Shown here: positions 45,092-53,003 of the stretch, in pieces
Layout of the letters: each line of letters opens with the position of its first letter
Numbering within the stretch: the first letter of the stretch is position 1
Assembly (NCBI GenBank): GCA_030038415.1
Contig: JASHOX010000144.1
Location: 5,325-69,324 of the forward strand
Origin: Xanthobacteraceae bacterium
GTDB lineage: Bacteria > Pseudomonadota > Alphaproteobacteria > Rhizobiales > Xanthobacteraceae
Reading direction: 5' to 3'
Length of the DNA: 64,000 nucleotides
The notes under the pieces: generated by a model
Databases searched by the model: none
Told to the model about the DNA's origin: nothing
Seen by the model: the letters and a program-made list of their open reading frames with translations, nothing else
Position numbers and translations under genes: made by a program

Positions 45092-46996
45092 ATGGCCAGC
45101 GTATCCACCTTTGCCGCACAGGACAGGCCGCCGCTGCGGCCGGTCAAGCTCGGGCCGCCGGATGTCGTCGTCGAACGCCGCGGCGACGGCGCGATTTTGC
45201 TGCGCTCGCCGCATCCGCTGCCGCCGCATCCGCAGAAACTCACCGCGCGGCTGACGCATTGGGCCAACGCCGCGCCGGAGCGCGTCTTCCTGGCGCAGCG
45301 CGACGCGCAAAGTGCTGCGAGCTGGCGAACGATGACTTATGCGGACACGCTGACGGCGGTTGAATCGATTGCGGCAGCGCTGCTGCAGCGCGATTTGTCG
45401 CCGGACCGGCCGCTTGCCATCCTCTCCGGCAACGACATCGAGCATGCGCTGCTCGCGCTCGCCGCCATGCATGTCGGCATTCCTTACGCGCCGATCTCGG
45501 TGCCGTATTCGCTGCTGTCGGCCGATTTCGGTAAGCTCAAAGCCATCATGCAACAGCTGGCGCCGGGTCTTGTCTTTGCCGCAAGCGGTACGGCTTTCGC
45601 GCGCGCCATCGCCGCCGCCGTGCCGGCGGATGCCGAAATCGTCGTCACCGCTCATCCGCCGCCCAACCGCAACACCACGCCGTTCTCCGAACTCATGACG
45701 GCACCGCCGTCGCCTGCGGTCGCGGCGGCGCATGGCGAAGTCGGTCCCGGGACGATTGCAAAGATTCTTTTTACTTCCGGCTCGACCGGGCAGCCGAAGG
45801 GCGTCATCAACACGCAGCTGATGCTGTGCGCCAACCAAGCGATGATCCGCGCCGGGCTTACCTTTCTCGCCGACGAGCCGCCAGTCATCGTCGACTGGCT
45901 GCCGTGGAACCACACCTTCGGCAGCAACCACAATTTCGGCCTGGTGCTCGACAATGGCGGCTCGCTCTATATCGACGAAGGCAAGCCGTTGCCCGGCGCC
46001 ATCGAAGCGACGGTGCGCAATCTGCGCGACATCGCGCCGACGGTCTATTTCAATGTGCCGAAGGGCTTTGAGATGCTGTTGCCTTATCTCGCGGCCGAGC
46101 CGGCGCTGCGCGAGAGGTTTTTCAGCCGGCTCAAGGTCATGTTCTATGCCGGCGCGGCGCTGGCGCAGCATGTGCTCGACGCCTATGAGGAGCTTGCGGT
46201 CAAAACTGTCGATGAGCGCATCCTGTTCATGTCGAGCCTCGGTTCGACCGAAACCGCGCCGGCGGCGCTGGCTTGTTCGTGGGACGCCGAGCGCGCCGGC
46301 AATATCGGCCTGCCGCTGCCGGGCGTCGACCTCAAACTGGTGCCGCGCGAAGGCAAGCTCGAAGCCCGGCTCAAAGGCGCCAATATCACGCCCGGCTATT
46401 GGCGCGCGCCGCAATTGACCGCGGCGGCGTTCGACGCCGAGGGCTATTACCGGATCGGCGACGCCTTGAAGTTCGATGACCCCGACCATCCCGCCAAAGG
46501 CTTGCTGTTCGACGGTCGGCTCGCCGAGGATTTCAAGCTCGCCACCGGCACCTGGGTCAGTGTCGGGCCGTTACGCGCGGCTTTCATTGCGCATTTTGCC
46601 CCGCTCGTCCGCGACGTGGTCTTCGCCGGCCCCGACCGCGACGAGGTCACGGCTCTGGTGTTTCCCGATCTCGACACCTGCCGCAAAGCCGCGCCCGGCG
46701 CCGCCGCGGACATTCCGGCGCGATCGTTGCTTGCCGACCCAGGCATCGTGGCCGAGTTCGTCCGTCGTCTTGATTCGTTCTTCGCCGCTGCAAGCGGCAC
46801 GTCGAGCCGCGTCACCCGTATGATCCTATTGCACGAGCCGCCGTCGCTCGATCTCGGCGAGATGACCGATAAAGGCTCGATCAACCAGCGCGCGGTGCTG
46901 GCCAATCGCGGGCACTTGGTCGAAGAACTTTACGCCGAAACGCCGCCGGCTCACGTTGTCGTCGCCGGCTTAAGACAAACCGAACAGGTGAATTGA
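45092..46996 (+). CDS. Feruloyl-CoA synthase-like AMP-binding enzyme (FCS family, about 630 aa type)
   Basis: 634 aa. N-terminus RPVKLGPPDVVVERRGDGAILLRSPHPL...LTHWANAAPERVFLAQR, AMP motif ILFTSGSTGQPKGV, YRIGDAL. The length and N-terminal pattern match proteins commonly annotated as feruloyl-CoA synthase. Confidence 0.7.
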   Translation: MASVSTFAAQDRPPLRPVKLGPPDVVVERRGDGAILLRSPHPLPPHPQKLTARLTHWANAAPERVFLAQRDAQSAASWRTMTYADTLTAVESIAAALLQRDLSPDRPLAILSGNDIEHALLALAAMHVGIPYAPISVPYSLLSADFGKLKAIMQQLAPGLVFAASGTAFARAIAAAVPADAEIVVTAHPPPNRNTTPFSELMTAPPSPAVAAAHGEVGPGTIAKILFTSGSTGQPKGVINTQLMLCANQAMIRAGLTFLADEPPVIVDWLPWNHTFGSNHNFGLVLDNGGSLYIDEGKPLPGAIEATVRNLRDIAPTVYFNVPKGFEMLLPYLAAEPALRERFFSRLKVMFYAGAALAQHVLDAYEELAVKTVDERILFMSSLGSTETAPAALACSWDAERAGNIGLPLPGVDLKLVPREGKLEARLKGANITPGYWRAPQLTAAAFDAEGYYRIGDALKFDDPDHPAKGLLFDGRLAEDFKLATGTWVSVGPLRAAFIAHFAPLVRDVVFAGPDRDEVTALVFPDLDTCRKAAPGAAADIPARSLLADPGIVAEFVRRLDSFFAAASGTSSRVTRMILLHEPPSLDLGEMTDKGSINQRAVLANRGHLVEELYAETPPAHVVVAGLRQTEQVN

Positions 46997-46997
46997 G

Positions 46998-47759
46998 ATG
47001 GACATTCGTGGACATGCCGCCATCGTCACCGGTGGCGCCTCCGGCCTCGGTGCGGCGACCGCACGCATGCTGGCGGAGGCTGGCGCCAAGGTCGCGATCT
47101 TCGACGTCAACCGCAAGGCCGCCGCCGAAGTCGCAATCGACGTCAACGGCATCGCACTGCCTTGCGACGTGACGGACAGTAAAGCGACGGAACGAGCCAT
47201 CGCCGCCGCGGCTAAGGACCACGGCACGGCGCGCATCGTCATCAACTGTGCCGGCGTCGGCCCGGCCAAGCGCATCGTCGGCCGCGACGGGCCGATGCCG
47301 CTCGCCGAATTCGCCCGCGTGGTCGAGATCAATCTCGTCGGCACCTTCAACGTGATGCGGCTCACGGCCGCGGCGATGCAATCGCTCGAACCGCTGGCCG
47401 ACGGCGAGCGCGGCATCATCGTCTGCACCGCGTCGGTTGCCGCCTACGAAGGCCAGATCGGCCAGGCTGCCTATGCCGCCTCCAAAGGCGGCGTGGTCGG
47501 ACTCATCATGCCGGCGGCGCGCGAATTCGCCCAGTTCGGCATCCGCGTCACCGGCATCGCGCCGGGAATTTTCTCGACGCCGATGCTGCATGCCTTGCCG
47601 GAAGCGGCGCAGGCGAGCCTCGCCGCATCGGTGCCGTTTCCGAAACTGCTTGGCCAGCCGCCGCAATACGCCGCACTGGTGCGCCACATGATCGAGAACC
47701 GGTATCTCAACGGCGAAGTGGTGCGGCTCGATGGCGCGCTGCGGATGGCGCCGCGTTGA
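46998..47759 (+). CDS. SDR-type 3-hydroxyacyl-CoA dehydrogenase (HSD10/FadB2-like)
   Basis: AIVTGGASGLGAATA, NCAG, and YAASKGGVVGLIMPAAREF are the type-2 hydroxyacyl-CoA dehydrogenase pattern. Starts 2 nt after the ligase stop. Confidence 0.8.
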   Translation: MDIRGHAAIVTGGASGLGAATARMLAEAGAKVAIFDVNRKAAAEVAIDVNGIALPCDVTDSKATERAIAAAAKDHGTARIVINCAGVGPAKRIVGRDGPMPLAEFARVVEINLVGTFNVMRLTAAAMQSLEPLADGERGIIVCTASVAAYEGQIGQAAYAASKGGVVGLIMPAAREFAQFGIRVTGIAPGIFSTPMLHALPEAAQASLAASVPFPKLLGQPPQYAALVRHMIENRYLNGEVVRLDGALRMAPR

Positions 47760-48193
47760 TCGCCGCAATGCTGACCAACACCCGTACCGTCCGCATCGAA
47801 TGGGGCGACTGCGACCCCGCCGGAATCATCTTCTATCCGCGCTATTTCGCGATGTTCGACACCTCGACGACCATGCTGATCGAGCGCGCGGCCGGCATGA
47901 AGAAGATCGAGTACCTCAAGGCCTATGCCATTGCCGGCCATCCGGTGATTGAGACGCGGGCGAAATTTCGCCTGCCGACCCGGTTCGGCGACGAGGTCTC
48001 GATCGAAAGCGCGGTAGTCGCCTGCGGCAGATCGAGCTTCAAGATCGAGCATCGCCTCACTTACGCTGGCGCGCTTGCGGTCGAGGGGTCGGAGACGCGG
48101 GTCTGGGTGGGCCGCGACCCCACCGACCCCACGCGGATGAAATCGCAGGCCATCCCATCCGAGCTGGTCGCGCGGCTCACGCATGGCAGCTGA
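47756..48193 (+). CDS. 4HBT/YbgC-type hotdog-fold acyl-CoA thioesterase
   Basis: VRIEWGDCDPAGIIFYPRYFAMFD is the 4-hydroxybenzoyl-CoA thioesterase (Pseudomonas-type) family N-terminal catalytic pattern. Has a 4-nt overlap with the SDR gene. Confidence 0.8.
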   Translation: MIAAMLTNTRTVRIEWGDCDPAGIIFYPRYFAMFDTSTTMLIERAAGMKKIEYLKAYAIAGHPVIETRAKFRLPTRFGDEVSIESAVVACGRSSFKIEHRLTYAGALAVEGSETRVWVGRDPTDPTRMKSQAIPSELVARLTHGS

Positions 48194-48262
48194 TATTGGC
48201 GCTGTTTCCGACCGGCCCGAAAGTGCGCTAGAAGCCTAGCCGCCAAAAGGAAGGAAACACCC

Positions 48263-49288
48263 ATGTCCATGCGTGTCGACGCCTATACCCATTTTTTTCC
48301 GGAACGGTTCTTCACCAAGCTCAACGAAGTCGCCGGCGATTATAAGGACATGGGCAAGCGTATCCGCTCGCTGCCGGCTTTGTTCGATCTCGACGTGCGC
48401 AAGAAGATCGTCGACGGCCACAAGGACTACCAGCAGATTCTGTCCTACCCACAGCCGCCGATCGAGCGTTTCGCCAAGACGCCGGCGGGCATCGACGAGT
48501 TCTGCCGGATCATCAACGACGGCTTTGCCGAGCTGATCGCCAAGGAGAAGGATCACTTCCCCGGCTGGGTGGCGCAGGTATCGCTCGCGGCGCCGGATGC
48601 CGGCGTCGCCGAAGCGGAGCGCGCGATGAAGATGGGCGCGCTCGGCGTGCAGATCTATACCAATGTCGCCGGCAAACCGCTCGACCGGCCGGAATACGCG
48701 CCGTTCTGGAAAAAGATGAACGAGCTCGGCGCGCCGATCTGGCTGCATCCGGCGCGTGGCGCCGAGACGCCGGATTATCCCGACGAGAAGAAATCGCTCT
48801 ACGAAATCTGGTGGACCATCGGCTGGTCTTACGAGACCGCCTGCGCCATGCTGCGGCTCGTTTATTCCAAGATTATGGACACCCACCCCAACTTGAAAAT
48901 CATCACCCATCACTTCGCCGGTATCGTGCCGATGCTGGAAGGCCGGCTCGGGCCGGGCAATGACGTGATGGGCAACCGCACCACCGACGAGGATTATGTC
49001 GGCCTGCGCAAGAGCCTGAAAAAGCGCCCGCTTGACTATTTCAAGAACGATTTCTGGGCCGACACCGCCGCGTTCACCGCCGAACCGGCGACCAAATGCG
49101 GCATGGAGTTCTTCCCCATCGACAAGATCGTGTTCGCTTCGGACTGCCCGTTCGATCCGGAGGGCGGCACCATGTTCCCGCGCGAGACCTTGCGGATTCT
49201 CGACAAGCTGAAGATGGACAAGGCCACAAGCGACAAGGTCTTCTACAAGAACCTCGAAGCGGTCACCGGAAAGACGCTGGTGAAATGA
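48263..49288 (+). CDS. Amidohydrolase_2 family protein (ACMSD/LigW-like metal-dependent decarboxylase/hydrolase)
   Basis: MRVDAYTHFFP (metal-binding HxH-type start), LHPARG, ITHHFAG and FASDCPFD follow the amidohydrolase-2 decarboxylase pattern. Confidence 0.75.
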   Translation: MSMRVDAYTHFFPERFFTKLNEVAGDYKDMGKRIRSLPALFDLDVRKKIVDGHKDYQQILSYPQPPIERFAKTPAGIDEFCRIINDGFAELIAKEKDHFPGWVAQVSLAAPDAGVAEAERAMKMGALGVQIYTNVAGKPLDRPEYAPFWKKMNELGAPIWLHPARGAETPDYPDEKKSLYEIWWTIGWSYETACAMLRLVYSKIMDTHPNLKIITHHFAGIVPMLEGRLGPGNDVMGNRTTDEDYVGLRKSLKKRPLDYFKNDFWADTAAFTAEPATKCGMEFFPIDKIVFASDCPFDPEGGTMFPRETLRILDKLKMDKATSDKVFYKNLEAVTGKTLVK

Positions 49289-49289
49289 T

Positions 49290-49319
49290 CTCCCTCTCCC
49301 CGGGAACGGGGAGAGGGAG
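49290..49319. terminator. Bidirectional stem-loop between convergent genes
   Basis: CTCCCTCTCCCCG (49290-49302), loop GGAA, then CGGGGAGAGGGAG (49307-49319). Perfect 13-bp GC-rich stem starting 2 nt after the amidohydrolase stop. There is no strong U-tract, so intrinsic termination is uncertain. Confidence 0.55.
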
Positions 49320-49337
49320 CCGCTAGCCAATGGCCGC

Positions 49338-50705
49338 TCAGGCCGCCGAGCGCCGCTCGGCCGCGCCTTGATGTCCGTCGTACTCGGCGGAGACATCCTT
49401 GCCGGTATAGTCCTTGAGGAACGCCGTTGCGACGATCGAAATCACCGCGGTGATCAGGATATAGATTGCGATCGGCGTGCCCGATTTATAGGCGGCAAAC
49501 AACGCGGTCGCGATCAGCGGCGCCGGACCGCCGGCGGTGATCGAGGCGAGCTGATAGCCGATCGACGCGCCCGAATACCGCAGCCGCGGCGTGAAGCTTT
49601 CGGCAATCAGTGCCGCTTGTGGCCCGTATTGCATGTCATGCGGGATCAGCGACAGCACCATCGCCAGGAAGATCAACACCGAGGAGCCGGTGTCGAGCAG
49701 CCCGAAATAGACGAAGCCGAACACCCCCATTGTCGCGCAGCCGATGATGTACATCTTCTTGCGCCCGATCAGATCGGAGACATAGCCGGAGAGCGGGATG
49801 GTGATCGCCGAAATGCAGACCGCGCAAAGCACACCCGCCAGCAGCAGATCGCGCGACGCATGTAGTGTCGTCGTGCCGTAAGCGAAGACGAAGGCGGTGA
49901 AGATGTAGAACGGGCCTTGTTCGGAGGTGCGCGCCAGCGCCGTGAGGATGATCGTACCCCATTGCTTTTTGCACACTTCGACAATCGGCGCCCGTTCGAT
50001 CTTTTGCTGGGCCACCAGGTTGCGGAACACCGGCGTTTCCATGATGCGCAGCCGGATCCACAGACCGATGCCGACCAGCACGATGCTCAACGCGAATGGA
50101 ATGCGCCAGCCCCAGGCAAAAAACTGATCGCCGGACATCTGGCTGAAGACCAGCACGGCGAGGTTGGCCAGGAACAATCCCGCGGGCCCGCCGAATTGCG
50201 GCCAGGACGTGAGAAACCCGCGCTCGCCATTGTGCCGCGCCCATTCCATCGACAAGAGCACCGAGCCGCCCCACTCGCCGCCGACGCCGATGCCCTGCAG
50301 CAGGCGCAGAACGGTCAGCAGCACGGCGCCCCACATTCCGATCACCGCGTAGCCGGGAAGGAATGCCACCAGGAAGGTCGAGACTCCCATCAACAGGAGA
50401 GTGACGATGAGCGTCGACTTGCGGCCGATCCGATCGCCGTAATGGCCGAAGATGAAGGCGCCGATCGGGCGCGCGACAAAGCCGACGAAGTAGATGCCGA
50501 ATGAGTTGAGTGTCGCAGTCAGCGGGTCCTCGTTCGGAAAGAACAGCTTGCCGAAGACGAGACCGGCCATCGTTGAGTAGAGGAGAAAATCGTACCACTC
50601 GATCGTGGTTCCCACCGTCGCGGCGACGACTGCGCGACGGAGTTCGCGAGCATGCTGGTCTGGCGTCAACGCGTAATTGACATCGGTTACCGCTGCCATT
50701 GTCAT
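49338..50705 (-). CDS. MFS transporter, metabolite:H+ symporter (MHS) type
   Basis: VGTTIEWYDFLLYSTMAGLVFGKLFF and GAFIFGHYGDRIGRK are MHS family motifs. 12 predicted TM segments. Likely start at ATG 50705 or 50699. The ORF is open upstream to a TTG at 50840. Confidence 0.85.
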   Translation of the reverse strand: MTMAAVTDVNYALTPDQHARELRRAVVAATVGTTIEWYDFLLYSTMAGLVFGKLFFPNEDPLTATLNSFGIYFVGFVARPIGAFIFGHYGDRIGRKSTLIVTLLLMGVSTFLVAFLPGYAVIGMWGAVLLTVLRLLQGIGVGGEWGGSVLLSMEWARHNGERGFLTSWPQFGGPAGLFLANLAVLVFSQMSGDQFFAWGWRIPFALSIVLVGIGLWIRLRIMETPVFRNLVAQQKIERAPIVEVCKKQWGTIILTALARTSEQGPFYIFTAFVFAYGTTTLHASRDLLLAGVLCAVCISAITIPLSGYVSDLIGRKKMYIIGCATMGVFGFVYFGLLDTGSSVLIFLAMVLSLIPHDMQYGPQAALIAESFTPRLRYSGASIGYQLASITAGGPAPLIATALFAAYKSGTPIAIYILITAVISIVATAFLKDYTGKDVSAEYDGHQGAAERRSAA

Positions 50706-50790
50706 TCCCTCCCTGGATTTAATGTTACGTTGGCATTTCCCCTTTTCATGCGCCGCCGCTGCAGCTGTTTTCGCCGCAGGCACGGTCTTC

Positions 50791-50828
50791 ATCGCCGCAT
50801 GCGCGGCTTCTATCGCCGCGTGCGCGGC
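50791..50828. promoter_or_regulatory. Two tandem 17-bp palindrome-containing repeats upstream of the MFS gene (candidate operator)
   Basis: ATCGCCGCATGCGCGGC (50791-50807) and ATCGCCGCGTGCGCGGC (50812-50828), with a 21-nt period. Each has inverted arms GCCGC/GCGGC. Confidence 0.5.
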
Positions 50829-50932
50829 GTTCGGATGCAATCATCCTCCCTTTGGCGAGACTTGCCAAGGATAGAGTTCGCCAAGGTTGGGGATTGGTCC
50901 GGGTCGGCGCTGCGACGTTTTGGCTGAATGAA

Positions 50933-51853
50933 TCAGCGGCCTGCTTGCACCGCGCTGCCGCGCGGCTCGCGTGCGGCACGGCCTTCGAGCCGGCGCGACA
51001 GCGCCGCGGGAATATCGCGCGGCGTGTCGACGACGACAACTCCCGCACGCTCGAGCGCGCTGCGCTTGGAGTCATAGCTGCCGGCGGTCCCGGTGACGAT
51101 GGCGCCGGCGTGGCCCATCTTCTTGCCCGGCGGCGACGCGCGCCCGGCGATGAAGGCAACCACGGGCTTTTCCATCCCGGCGGCGTATTCGGCGGCGCTT
51201 TCTTCCATGGCGCCGCCGATCTCGCCGACTAGAACCACGGCCTCGGTGCGCCCGTCTTTATCGAGCGCGATCAGCGCGTCGCGTGTCGTCGTGCCGATCA
51301 TCGGATCGCCGCCGATACCGATGAAGGCCGATTGGCCGATCCCGGCGCGGGTCAGATTGAGACAGACCAGCGTGCCGAGGCTGCCGCTGCGCGACACGAC
51401 GCCGACCGAGCCGGGGCGGAAAATGTTGGGATTATGCCCGGGCATGATGCCGACGAAGCCTTCGCCTGGCGTCACCAGCCCCGCCGTATTCGGGCCGACG
51501 ACGTGCGTGCCGGCGCGCCGCGCGGCGAGCAGCACTGCCATGACATCCTGCGCCGGAATGTGCTCGGTGAGCATGACCAGGAGCTTGACGCCCGAGGCGA
51601 TGGCTTCCAGCGCCGCCGGTTTGGCGAGCGCCGGCGGAATAAACATCACCGCAGTGTCGTAGGGCGCTTTCGCCATCGCATCGGCCGCCGATGCGAACAC
51701 GGGCACGCCGATATGAGTCTCGCCGGCACGCTTAGGATTGACGCCGCCGACGACGCACGTGCCGCACTCGATCATCTTTTCGGTCCAGAACGTGCCTTGT
51801 TTGCCGGTAATGCCGGACACCAGCACGCGATGGGCTTTGCGATGGATGATCAT
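50933..51853 (-). CDS. Succinyl-CoA-synthetase-alpha-like subunit of an NDP-forming acyl-CoA ligase
   Basis: VLVSGITGKQGTFWTEKMIECGTCVVGGVNPKRAG (CoA-binding Rossmann fold), SRSGSLG, and the phosphohistidine loop KKMGHAGAIVTG. The start was fixed by counting 306 codons from the stop. ATGA overlap with the beta-like gene. Confidence 0.8.
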   Translation of the reverse strand: MIIHRKAHRVLVSGITGKQGTFWTEKMIECGTCVVGGVNPKRAGETHIGVPVFASAADAMAKAPYDTAVMFIPPALAKPAALEAIASGVKLLVMLTEHIPAQDVMAVLLAARRAGTHVVGPNTAGLVTPGEGFVGIMPGHNPNIFRPGSVGVVSRSGSLGTLVCLNLTRAGIGQSAFIGIGGDPMIGTTTRDALIALDKDGRTEAVVLVGEIGGAMEESAAEYAAGMEKPVVAFIAGRASPPGKKMGHAGAIVTGTAGSYDSKRSALERAGVVVVDTPRDIPAALSRRLEGRAAREPRGSAVQAGR

Positions 51854-52977
51854 CGCGCCGCGTCCACTGCCGCCTGCACGGCATCTTCCATGAAATCGTA
51901 TGGCTCGACGTTGAGCTGCTCGCGCACGAGTTTGACCGCCTCGTTCTCGCCGGTGCCGTGAATGGAGAAAAACACCGGTATCTCCGGCTGCAGTTTCTTC
52001 CAGGCTTTGACGACGCCGTCGGCCATCACATCGGTGCGGGCGAACGCGCCGCAAAAATTGATCACCAGGCTTTTGACATTGGGCGCCGACAGCACGAGCC
52101 CAAGGGCGACTTCCGACTTGGTATAGGCCTCGCCGCCGATTTCGAGGAAATTTGTCGGTTTGCCGCCGCAATGGGCGATCACGTCCATGGTGGTCATGGT
52201 GAGGCCGGCGCCGTTGGCGAGCACGCCGACATTGCCGTCGAGCTCGATGAATTTCAGCCCGGCCTCGGCGCCGCGGCGCTCCAGCGCAGTGAGCTTTTCG
52301 GCGGCGCCGGCACTGGCGAGATCGCTTTGGCGAAACAGCGCGGAATCGTCCAGCGTGAATTTGCAATCCAGCGCGACGACGCGGCCGTCCTTCAATAGCG
52401 CCAGTGGATTGATCTCGATCAGCTCGGCGTCGCGGGCGCGGTAGATCGCGTGGAGCGATTTCAGGACGGCGGCGATTTTCGGCTCGGCATCGCCGAGCCC
52501 GAGACCCGCGAGCATGGCGCGCGCGGCGTGATCGTCGAAGCCCTGATCGACTTCGAGGCCATGACGGCGCACGGCATCGGGCCGCGCCGCCGCGACTTCC
52601 TCGATCTCCATGCCGCCTTCGGTGGAGAACAGAACCAGCGGCCGGCGCGCGGCAAAATCGGTGAGCACCGCGGCGTAGAATTCGCGTGCGATCTCGGCGC
52701 GTTCCTCGACCAGCACTTTTTCGACGCGATAGCCGTCGATCTCCATGCCGAGGATCGCCTGCGCCGCGGCGCCGGCCTCGGCGGCGCTGTCGGCCTTGCG
52801 GATGCCGCCAGCCTTGCCGCGTTTGCCGGTCGGCACCTGCGCCTTGACCACGCAGGGCCCGATCTCGGCGAACGCGGCTTCCGTTTCGTCCGCCGTGATG
52901 CATAGCTTGCCGCGCGGCACGGCGATCGACGCCGGTGCCAGCACCTTCGCCTTGGCGGCGTGCTCTTCGAAATTCAT
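51850..52977 (-). CDS. Succinyl-CoA-synthetase-beta-like (ATP-grasp) subunit of an NDP-forming acyl-CoA ligase
   Basis: MNFEEHAAKAKVLAPASIAVPRG...VVKAQVPTGKRGKAGGI...EINPLAL...GNVGVLANGAGLTMTTMD follows the SucC pattern. 375 aa counted from the stop. Confidence 0.8.
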   Translation of the reverse strand: MNFEEHAAKAKVLAPASIAVPRGKLCITADETEAAFAEIGPCVVKAQVPTGKRGKAGGIRKADSAAEAGAAAQAILGMEIDGYRVEKVLVEERAEIAREFYAAVLTDFAARRPLVLFSTEGGMEIEEVAAARPDAVRRHGLEVDQGFDDHAARAMLAGLGLGDAEPKIAAVLKSLHAIYRARDAELIEINPLALLKDGRVVALDCKFTLDDSALFRQSDLASAGAAEKLTALERRGAEAGLKFIELDGNVGVLANGAGLTMTTMDVIAHCGGKPTNFLEIGGEAYTKSEVALGLVLSAPNVKSLVINFCGAFARTDVMADGVVKAWKKLQPEIPVFFSIHGTGENEAVKLVREQLNVEPYDFMEDAVQAAVDAAR

Positions 52978-53003
52978 CGCAACCTCGTTCAGCGCCGGTG
53001 CAT

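Noticed and set aside
45032-46489. 485-aa minus-strand ORF
   Set aside because: Antisense to the FCS-like ligase. Arg-rich shadow ORF.
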